This document shows, piece by piece, positions 25,607 through 34,444 of a DNA stretch of 64,000 nucleotides. The translations under genes and the position numbers were made by a program. The first letter of the stretch is position 1, and each line of letters starts with the position of its first letter. The notes under the pieces were generated by a model, which was not told the origin of the DNA, did no database searches, and saw only the letters and a list, made by a program, of their open reading frames with translations. The DNA comes from Eledone cirrhosa (Eukaryota): contig OZ024744.1 of assembly GCA_964016885.1 (NCBI GenBank), forward strand, positions 135,532,001 to 135,596,000, read 5' to 3'.

Positions 25607-26435
25607 TTACTCTTCATCAGTACAGTTATGCAAATCTGGCTGATTTGCATAACGTTGTAGAACATGCTTGAACTTTCTAACCTCTGCTTCCTTTCCTGCA
25701 AAGTACACTTGTTGTCTAGCTTCTCTCCTAGCTACCCAATAGAGTTCTCTACTACCCCCATCCTGCCATTCTTTCCATACCTGCTTTTTGTCCTTGATGG
25801 ACTCCTCCACCTTACTATTCCACCACCATGTCACTCTCCTCCTGCCTAATGGTCTGCTCCAGCCACAGAATTCATCAGTCGCCTTCAGCAGGTTAACTTT
25901 CAGGAATTCCCACTGTTCCTCTATATTGTATGTCTCTAATTGCTCTTCCTTACTGTCAAAGGCATCAAGTAATATGCTTTTAAATTTGTTACTGGCTGTG
26001 GGGTCCTTCAACTTCCATATTCTTCTCCTCAAGGTAGTCCTCCTCTGTCGTCGAGTACGCCTCGTCCTGACTATGAGGACGCTAATTATGAGGCTATGTT
26101 GGGAGGTGCATCCTTCATGGGGGAGGGACTTAGTGTTTACAACAGACACTGTCACGTCTTCTAGTAAGGATATAATCTATCTGGCTGGCGTGTTCCCCTG
26201 ATGTACAGGTGATCAAGTGATTGTCTCGTTTTTTGAAGTTTGTGTTAGATAGTTAGGTTATTAGCATCACAGAATTTCAGGAGCCTAAAGCCTTCCTCAT
26301 TTCTAGTATCAAACCTATAGCCTCCATGGATTCCGTCATAGCCATCAAAATGTTGACCAATGTGATCATTTAGGTCACATTGGTCTCGTTTTTTGAAGTT
26401 TGTGTTACAGATAGTTAGGTTATTAGCGTCACATA
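25607..26435 (-). mobile_element. RTE-LINE endonuclease/linker fragment with a local ~50-bp duplication
   Basis: GIHGGY..RNEEGFRLLKFCDANNLTI, SQIDYIL, RRIWKLKD, TWWWN; 26380-26432 repeats 26221-26270. Confidence 0.85.
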
Positions 26436-26699
26436 TATTAGTATCATACATATATGTGTCCCACCTTTGTAAGCAAGGAAAAGCGGAGGTAAAATGATGA
26501 TGATACATACATACACACACATACATATACAACCACACACACACACATATATACACACACACAGTAGAGATACATGTTGATGCAGGTATTCCACAGAAAA
26601 CTCCTGTTTCGAGGAGTTTAACTAATTTTTCTAAAACAATAAAAGAGAAAAAAATGAAAACTTGGTAAAATAAAATATAAATATTCTTGTAATAGTTAC

Positions 26700-26748
26700 C
26701 ATAGCAACTGCTGAGTTGTCTAACTGGGGACTTTTCTTCCTTCGTGAT
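26700..26748 (-). CDS. PIK3R4: PIK3R4/Vps15 49-bp exon (4th in window)
   Basis: ttctttattccacgatag|A TCA CGA AGG AAG...GCT ATG|gtaact. Reads SRRKKSPQLDNSAVAM and exactly bridges the phase-2 and phase-0 ends of its neighbours. Confidence 0.82.
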
Positions 26749-26809
26749 CTATCGTGGAATAAAGAAAAAAGAATAAAATAATCAAGTGGATATATATATG
26801 TATATATAT

Positions 26810-26890
26810 ATCATCATCATCGTTTAACGTCTATCTTCCATGCTAGCATGGGTTACATGGGAATTGTCCCATTTAAGGTAAGATTGGTGT
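26810..26890 (-). mobile_element. Short RTE-family tail insertion
   Basis: ATCATCATCATCGTTTAACGTCTATCTTCCATGCTAGCATGGGTTA, near-identical to 17691-17737. Confidence 0.8.
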
Positions 26891-26926
26891 CTCTGTGTCT
26901 ATCTATCTATAAATATATATTACTAC

Positions 26927-27788
26927 GATATTTGTTCGCAAGATTACGGTCTAGGAAAAAATAACACATTAGTTTTATTTTTTAAGATATATTTATCAAA
27001 CTTGGGTCAGTTTGTCTTCATGACTTGTTCTTTCAATCTCACTCGATAAACCTGCCATTGGCTTTGATGACGGCCTCAAGGCGGCCTTGGAACCGGCTAC
27101 AGGCCTTCGTCACTGTCCCCTGACTTAGGCCCCTAAAGGCATTTGTGATCCTGGCCTTCAGATCGTCTTTTGTATTGCAGCTAGATCTGTTGGTATCTCA
27201 TTCCACTGCGCCCCACACAAAGAAGTCGAGGGGGTTGCAGTCAGACTAGCTGGGAGGCCAGATATCAGGGGAAGTGTGGTCGACGAAGTTCTCTGACAGC
27301 CAGGCTTGGATCTTTCGGCTGGCATGGCAGGGCGCTGAGTCTTGGTGCCACACGTACGGCCTACCTGCAGCTACCTGGTCGATCCAGGGCTTTACTACCT
27401 CGCTCAGAACGCGGATGTAGCCATCGGTGTTCAGCTTGAGACCCTCAGGCATGAAGTCACCTTGACTGCTGACGACACCTAAGACCAATGTTCTTGCTGG
27501 AAACTTTGTTTGCATGACTCTGGGCACATCTTTGGATGAGACAGCGAGCCACCTGTTGTTCTGGGAGTTGATCTTCTGGTCTTATTTGTCCTCGCGGCGC
27601 GGATTCTAAGAACTCCGTGTCTCTTCCACAAATTTGGAGGTTCAAAATTATTCATAATCAATTATTCTGAAAAGAAATAATGGAAATATAGTCACTGTTT
27701 TTATGAAGACAAGAGTGACAACGGAAGTAAGAAAAATTTGCATAAAATTAGCAGTTGAAAATTGCGAACAAATATCATCCACACCCTG
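26927..27788 (-). mobile_element. Tc1/mariner superfamily, DD37D (maT)-type, deleted copy
   Basis: WHQDSAPCH...WPPS*SDCNPLDFFVWG with 37 residues between the two Asp. TIR core GATATTTGTTCGCAA is inverted at both ends (left end eroded); the right end CACCCTG is followed by TA. Confidence 0.88.
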
Positions 27789-27811
27789 TATATATATATA
27801 CAGAGAGAGAG

Positions 27812-27907
27812 ATATGAGCAAGGCATGGTCAGCCGACCAGACACTGCCCACAACAGGACAACCCGTCTAGCATGGAAGAACGGACGTAAAACAGTGATGA
27901 TGATGAT
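27812..27907 (+). mobile_element. RTE-LINE 3' tail fragment with (GAT)n
   Basis: Near-identical to the reverse complement of 17981-18083. Confidence 0.85.
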
Positions 27908-28059
27908 ATATATATATATATTTATATATATATATGTACATAAATATATAGTGGCAAGAAACTCCCAGGAGAGCTGGGACAAAGGTCTTCAGAGAAGAGA
28001 CCACCACCCACCCAGATGAGTGTTTTGGCCCTTAACTTTTATATATATCTATATATACA

Positions 28060-28240
28060 CTTACATGACCACTTTAGAGTGTGTACTGGGTACTTTTTGT
28101 TGTGACACCTACATGACCACTTTACAGTGTGGACTGGGTACTTTTTGTTGTGACACCTACATGACCACTTTTTGTCTCACATGGGACAACTTGTCTAACT
28201 CATGCTAACATGGAAAATAGATGTTGACCAGTGATGATGG
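28060..28240. mobile_element. Orphan ~2.3 monomers of the 48-bp satellite (inverted) fused to a + strand RTE tail
   Basis: 28060-28171 is the reverse complement of the array consensus. It is followed by TTGTCTCACATGGGACAACTTGTCTAAC, identical to 13431-13458. Confidence 0.9.
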
Positions 28241-28396
28241 TGGTGGTGGTGGTGATGGTGGTGGTGGTGATGATGTGATGGTGTGATGGTGGTGATGATG
28301 GTGGTGATGGTGATGGTGGTGGTGGTGGTTATGGTTGTGGTGGTGATGGTGGTGGTAGTGGTGATGATGGTGATGGTGGTGGTGACGGTGGTGATG
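28232..28396. repeat. (TGG/TGA)n trinucleotide tract
   Basis: Read directly from the sequence. Confidence 0.9.
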
Positions 28397-28430
28397 AAAA
28401 TACGTAATAAAAAAAATTCCTACTACATAC

Positions 28431-28580
28431 CGTGCCGGTGAGTTTGGTGTTTCTGTTCTGGTATCTTTAGGTTTGAAGAGATCAGCATGTCTTCGGGTAA
28501 ATGTGTTACCAAGATGACGAAGATTTAGTTTCCCACGTGAACATTCATCATCTATTTCAGCAAATACAGCTTCAACAGAG
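28431..28580 (-). CDS. PIK3R4: PIK3R4/Vps15 exon (3rd in window)
   Basis: tatacttgtag|C TCT GTT...GCA CG|gtatgt. Reads SVEAVFAEIDDECSRGKLNLRHLGNTFTRRHADLFKPKDTRTETPNSPAR, versus recalled human [22 protein letters not shown]. Confidence 0.85.
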
Positions 28581-28804
28581 CTACAAGTATAATTGTGCAT
28601 GGTACAATGGCTTCTGATTTAGGTAGAAAAGAGAGGGTGGGGGAGCCAATTGCATTGACCTCAGCGAGTTAATGGTACTTTATTTTATTCAATAAATATA
28701 CATCAAGAAAATTAGCACCAGTCTGAAATATACATTAGGGTTGATATGATTGATCGGATTGGTTAAAACCTTGTATATGACCAACAAAAACCTGCCCCAG
28801 CATG

Positions 28805-29850
28805 CAGGGCTGGATATAGACTGGGGACACACACACATACACTTCAGGTTTGGAGGGACTCATACACAAAAAACTACAATTCCCAGCAAACCCCCCAATT
28901 TTACATATCAAAGTTAGCTTGTCCAGCTAACCTCAGTCTCCTCTGTGTCACTTTTGAGCTGACCTTTGGGAGGCTCCCATACAGCTATGAGTTTTTCATC
29001 CTCAGTGTATACTGATTCATGTTCAGAGCCATCCTCAGTATTCTCATGTAGCACCCATCCACCATCTGGGTGAGTTTCTTGGTTAATGTCCAAGTCTCAG
29101 ACCCGTACAGCAGCAGATTCCACTACAGCAATGAAGAGGCGGATCTTCAGGTCTTTATGAAGGTTCGACTTCCACACCGATCTCAATCTGTGGCACACCG
29201 CCCAGGATTTGCTCTTCCTCTCAACTACATCATCTTCCGTATTCCCAATTCTATGATCCCCTCTGGCTTCTCAACATTCTCTACCAGACATTTTGTCTTA
29301 GTCTCATTCATTCTCAGCCCCACACTCATCGACACAGTCTCAACTTCCTGCATCAAATCCTCTGCCTCCTTCACTGTATTTGTCACCAAAACTATGTCGT
29401 CGGCAAATTCAGCATCTGATATCTTTTTCACAGAGGAGACTGAGGTTAACTGGACATGCTCACTGACATCCAGAGTTGACACTGCACTCAGTGCTCCTGT
29501 AGGAGCCCCTGCATGGACACACTGGAAGAGGAAGACCAAGGTTAACGTATGTTGATGCCCTAAGGACAGACACTGGTCTCTTGGAGACGCAGGACATGGC
29601 AGCAATAATGAGGGACAGAGACTGCTGGAGAGAACTCGTCCATGGATCTCGGGAATTTTACCCGCTCTAGACAGTTAGCTTGGTGCAAGTAATTAGAATT
29701 AAAAAGTTATACATACAGGTATTAAATTAAAAAATTCTAACCATTATAAAACTAAAAAGCCCAGCTGAGGACACTCAGCCATTGCTGTTGGGAGCCCCAC
29801 TGTAGGGGACCTGGGGAAATTACCCCCACCTCCCATTAAATCCAGCCCTG
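28805..29850. mobile_element. Non-autonomous hAT-type element with an 8-bp TSD, containing a LINE insertion
   Basis: TIRs CAGGGCTGGAT / ATCCAGCCCTG; perfect TSD CCAGCATG at 28797-28804 and 29851-29858. Confidence 0.88.
28921..29672. mobile_element. 5'-inverted (twin-primed) LINE insertion, same family as 30035-30765
   Basis: 28921-~29427 on - (EFADDIVLV..), ~29428-29672 on +; flanked by the direct repeat AGTTAGCTTG (28912-21, 29673-82). Confidence 0.85.
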
Positions 29851-29901
29851 CCAGCATGGCCACAGTCAAGTGTTAAGAGGTGTACATGTAATGAAACTTA
29901 C

Positions 29902-29945
29902 CTGGAGCGAGATCTGTTGAGTTTTAATATGAAATCTTTCATAGC
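29902..29945 (-). CDS. PIK3R4: PIK3R4/Vps15 44-bp exon (2nd in window)
   Basis: ctttcttctttag|GCT ATG AAA GAT TTC...TCC AG|gtaagt. Reads AMKDFILKLNRSRS, versus recalled human ALKDFMMKSNKAK. Confidence 0.9.
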
Positions 29946-30034
29946 CTAAAGAAGAAAGTGGGTGTAATTAGAAACAAGTAGAGAACTCTGAGAGCTGTTG
30001 TGTTAAGGTACAGCATTACATACCTTGAACATTA

Positions 30035-30765
30035 CAGTTTTGGTGACAAATACAGTGAAGTAGGCAGAGGATTGGATTCAGGAGGTTGAGACTGTGTTGA
30101 TGAGTGTGGGGCTGAGAATGAATGAGACTAAAACAAAATATCTGGTAGAGAATGTTGAGAAGCCAGAGGGGATCACTAATGTAGGCAGGAAGCCGCTAGA
30201 ACTGGTTGAGGACTTACTGTATTTGGGAGCAAAGATTGGGAATACGGAAGATGATGTGGTTGAGAGGAAGAGCAAGGCCTGGGCGGCGTGCCACAGCTTG
30301 AGATCGGTGTGGAAGTCGGACCTTCGTAAAGACCTGAAGATCCGTCTCTTCATTGCAGTAGTGGAGTCTGTGCTGCTGTACGGGTCTGAGACTTGGACAC
30401 TGACCAAGAAACTCACTCAGATGGTGGATGGGTGCTACACGAGAATGCTGAGGATGACTCTGAACATTAATCAGTATACACTGAGGATGAAAAACTCAGA
30501 GCTGTATGGGAGCCTCCCAAAAGTCAGCTCAAAAGTGACACAGAGGAGACTGAGGTTAGCTGGACATGCTCGCCGACATCCAGAGTTGACACTGCACTCA
30601 GTGCTCCTGTAGGAGCCCCTACATGGACACACTGGAAGGGGAGACCAAGGTTAACGACAGACACTGGTCTATTGGAGACGCAGGACATGGCAGCGATAAT
30701 GAGGGACAGAGACCGCTGGAGAGAACTCGTCCATGGATCTCGGGAATTTTACCCGCCCTAGAATT
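30035..30765 (+). mobile_element. 5'-truncated non-LTR retrotransposon (RTE-group C-terminal RT region; clade uncertain)
   Basis: GLRMNETKTK, LYLGA, VESVLLYGSETWTLT, RRLRLAGHARRH, GRGRPRL. Confidence 0.9.
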
Positions 30766-30864
30766 GATATACGACAGTCGATTGACTTTCGTCAAATTGG
30801 ACCGAGGAAACAATGTTTCCAATTGTTTCCATTGTTAATACTATCTATCGGTCGCAACTCCAGG

Positions 30865-30982
30865 TAGAAGGAGCAACATGAAATAAAGTGTCTTGCTCAA
30901 TCATCACCTGGTCCAGGAATTGAACTCACAACTTCACGATTGCAAATCCTGGTCTCTAACCACTCAGCCGCACGCCTTCACT
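30865..30982 (-). mobile_element. tRNA-derived SINE 5' part
   Basis: - strand GGCTGAGTGGTTAGAG (A box), GAGTTCAATTCC (B box), then TTGAGCAAGACACTTTATTTCA shared with 32945-32970. Confidence 0.75.
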
Positions 30983-31099
30983 GTATTGATATACAGCATT
31001 TGTTAAATCTGGTGGAGCCCTTCTCCTCTCCAGGTCTGAATACCAGACAAAGATAGAGAGGGTGAGAGAATGGAAGTGAGGAAGAGATACAGAGAGAGT

Positions 31100-31400
31100 A
31101 TAGACTCCAGTACACGACTGGTACTTTTATATTGACCTTGATTGGATGAAAGGTAAAGTTGACCTTGGTGGTGTGTGTCTGTGTTTCTGTGTATGTTGTG
31201 TGTGTGTATTTCGGTGTGTTTCTGTGTGTATATGTATGTCTGTGTGTGTGTGTGTATGTATGTGTTTCTGTGTGTATGTGTGTCTGTGTGTGTGTGTCTG
31301 TGTATGTGTGTCTGTGTGTGTCTGTGTATGTGTATATGTGTGTGTGTATCTGTTTCTGTATGTGAGTGTATGCGTGTGTGTGTGGCTGTATGTGTGCATG
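31100..31400. repeat. SINE fragment (same family as 22480-23041) followed by a (TG)n-rich compound microsatellite
   Basis: ACTGGTACTTTTAT..GGATGAAAGGTAAAGTTGACCT, then a TG-rich tract at 31170-31400. Confidence 0.85.
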
Positions 31401-31601
31401 GGCTTCTATATGTGAGTGCCTGTATGTGTTTCTTGATGTCATAAGGAAAATCTCCGTTACAACTCATAAATACACACCTGGTGAGACTTAAAATTTACCT
31501 AAGTTTGATTTATCTGATTAATTAACAGGTAATTCAAGATAAATAAGATTTTAATAATTTAAACTGAACTGAAGCACTCTATCAGTTACAACGATGAGTG
31601 T

Positions 31602-32749
31602 AGAGAAGAAATTCCAAACATGGAAGCAGGGACTAGAAACAAAAGGTCTCAAAGTCAACCTGACAAAGACTAAGGTCCTTGTAAGTAGACGAGAAAACAG
31701 AACCCAGATCCCCTGAAGGAAATGGCCTTGCTCACTATGTAGGAAAGGTGTAGGTAGGAACTCCATTCTCTGCCCCAAATGCAAACAATGGGTTCACAAG
31801 AGATGTAGCGGGATCTCAGGAAGCTTAACTAAGAATGAAGGCTTCACATGTAGCAGCTGTGCTGGGACAGGAAGCAGCAAACAGCCACAGGAAACAATCA
31901 CCACTAAACTCTGGGAGGGCTCTGTAGAAACAGTAGACAGCTTCTGCTACCTAGGTGACCAAATTAGCAGCAGAGGTGGGTGTTCGGAAAGTACAATAAC
32001 TAGGGTAAGAACAGGATGCAAGAAGTTCAGGGAGCTACTGCTACTGCTAGCTGCAAAAGGCTTTTCCCTCAAAATGAAAGGCAGACTGTATGATGCGTGT
32101 ATACGAACAGCGATGTTACATGGTAGTGAGACCTGGGCACTGCCTGTGGAAGATTTGTGTAGATTGGATGTGTAATAGTAATATATGCGAACGGCAAAGC
32201 ATAAATGAATTGAGAGAGAGACTGAGCATAAGAGGAATCAAATGCTATGTCCAGGAGAGGCGGTGACGTTGGTATGGACATGTGATGCGTATGAAGGATG
32301 ACAGCTGCATAAAAAGGTGCAGAGCACTAGAAGTCAATGGAAACCGCGGAGTGGGGAGACCCACGAAGACCTGGGATGAGGTGATAAAAGCCGACTTTAC
32401 CCAATTACACCTCTCAAAAGCGATGACATACGACCGTGACTTCTGGCGTCATGCAGTAATACAGAAGACCCGGCCCCCAATAGGTACAAGCAGAATCTGA
32501 AGCATATAGACAATATGCCCCCACACCCTCCCACTGCAAAGAGGTCGTGGAGGTGCCACGGCAAAAAAGCACCCAGCACCCACTGTAAATGAGGTTGGTG
32601 TTAGGAAGGGCATCCAGCTGTAGAAATCAAGCCAGAATCAGTTCCCGTATGAGCAAGACAAGGTCAGCCGACCGGGCACTGCCCACTACAGGACAACCCG
32701 TCTAACCCATGCTAGCATGGAAGAACGGACGTAAAACCGTGATGATGAT
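31602..32749 (+). mobile_element. 5'-truncated RTE LINE, close relative of 17981-19135, inserted into a SINE
   Basis: Reverse-complement similarity along its length; (GAT)n tail; TSD GATGAGTGT at 31593-31601 and 32750-32758. Confidence 0.93.
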
Positions 32750-33035
32750 GATGAGTGTTCTAGTTGATCCGATTAACAGAACAGCCTGCTCATAAAATTA
32801 ACGTGCATGTGACTGAGCATTCCACAGATATGTGGGCACTTAACGTAGTTCTCAGGGAGATTCAACATCATACAGAATGTGACAATGCTAGCTCTTCGAA
32901 TTACATGTACAATTTATTTTTGCCAGGTGAGTGGACTGGAGCAACGTGAAATAAAATGTCTTGCTCAGGGACACAACACATCGCCAGGAATCGAACTGAC
33001 AACCTTACGATTGTAAACCCAATACCCTAACCACA
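32750..33035 (-). mobile_element. tRNA-derived SINE (remainder at ~31570-31601, split by the RTE)
   Basis: - strand head GTGGTTAGGGTATTGGG..GTTCGATTCC (B box); core CTGAGCAAGACATTTTATTTCACGTTGCTCCAGTCCACTCA. Confidence 0.8.
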
Positions 33036-33048
33036 ATGCCATCTAAAG

Positions 33049-33411
33049 CAGTGGCGAAGGGTAACCTGGAAAGCAGTGCATGCAGTCCAATCGCCATGGC
33101 GGAAAGTGGTGTTGTGCAGCCTTACCCCCACACCTCCCAATTCCCTCTAAATCATCCTCCCGGTCAAAGCTGCATGTAGTGTTATCTAGTGTGTGTTCTC
33201 TTTCTATGTGTCTACGATTTAGTAAGCAGTCTAATTTCTGCTTGCCCCAAAGCTGTTGTGTGTTTGTGTGTTTGTGTGTATGTGTGTGTGCATGTGTGTT
33301 ATCTTTTTTGTGTCTATACGTTTTAGTAAGCAGCCAAAATTCTGCTTGCTTCAACCGACGCAATTGATCAACTCAAGATTCTATAACGCATGCACGGACC
33401 CTTCGCCCCTG
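33049..33411. mobile_element. 363-bp hAT MITE
   Basis: TIRs CAGTGGCGAAGGGT / ACCCTTCGCCCCTG; TSD ATCTAAAG / ATATAAAG (7 of 8 match, central TA as in Buster-type targets). Confidence 0.8.
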
Positions 33412-33639
33412 ATATAAAGTACTAACAGTGGTACCTGGCGTTGCACGGGATAAGGTATTGTGAAATATATAACTGCCTTAGCTAAGCTTAGTATTGCCAC
33501 AACCACAGCTGGCAAAGAAGTAAGGGTCTGGTGGTACATAAGTAAGCAACACTGTGGCTTAAAACATGAGGAAGAAGTTGTGTGCACTTACCAACTGTTT
33601 GGGGAATGAGTGTGAGATTTGTGTTGAGCAAGAGTGGCA

Positions 33640-34002
33640 GAATAATCGGAGGCAGCAGACAGCCAGACATACAGACAGATATTATAAGGGCGCGTTCTGG
33701 ACGCAGAGCGAATTGTAGGAAGTGACGTAATGCAGACAGCCAGACATATAGAGAGATATTATAAGGGTGCGACGTTATATGTATGTATCTATCTAAAAAG
33801 AGAAAGACTAAGAATTATAGAGAGAGATCGCTAAATTGCCTAGGGCATTGAAAATTTGAAATTTCTTTTTGCTCAGAACACTCCCTGAAACATTAGTATT
33901 ACATGTGTAAAGTTTGAAAACAGTCGGTTGGGTGGTTCTCTAGTTTTAGGGATTCAAACTCACACACAAAGACAGACATCCTCAGTTTTATATATATATA
34001 GA
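33640..34002 (-). mobile_element. Probable Helitron-like non-autonomous element fragment
   Basis: - strand starts TCTATATATATATAAAACTGAGGATGTCTGTC; internal duplicated GCAGACAGCCAGACAT..GATATTATAAGGG (33654 and 33732). Confidence 0.5.
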
Positions 34003-34329
34003 TATTAGAAACGATAATTCTAGTAATATATGACAAATATTCACAAAGTTGGCTAAAAAACCTTTGATTACATAAATATGGGAAAGATAGGTAAAAGGTA
34101 AAATAAGGAGAAAATAGGGGAGGGGGAAGAAGGGCAGGTCTGGTTGTGAGGGACGGTAAGAAAAGGGCAGATCTGGTTGGAGGCGAGTGTGAGGGGGTAA
34201 AGCAGGACAGATCTAGCTGTGGAGGGGAGTGGTAGAGAATGCCAGATCTGGCTTGGGTACAGAAAAGGATACACACTGTTGGGTTTTTTTGTTATTTTTA
34301 TTATTTTGCAACTGTTAAAATCTACTTAC

Positions 34330-34386
34330 AATTAATTTCTCTTCGGTTAATTCACTCATTCCAAGAGAGAAAAGCTTCCGGAAGAC
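34330..34386 (-). CDS. PIK3R4: PIK3R4/Vps15 57-bp exon (1st in window)
   Basis: tattatttgacag|GTC TTC CGG...TTA ATT|gtaagt. Reads VFRKLFSLGMSELTEEKLI, versus recalled human LLKKLLSQGMTEEEEDKLL; in frame with the next exon. Confidence 0.9.
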
Positions 34387-34444
34387 CTGTCAAATAATAT
34401 CACCATTTTCATTACAAACATGTCATCATCATTGTTTTCTAAAC

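Noticed and set aside
26575-26632. Possible extra PIK3R4 exon after acceptor-like attgttttag on the - strand
   Set aside because: Immediate in-frame stop (AAA AAT TAG), and the flanking exons already join in phase.
21140-33035. tRNA genes at A/B-box motifs (21145, 30920-30980, 32985-33035)
   Set aside because: No complete cloverleaf; the motifs continue into SINE bodies.
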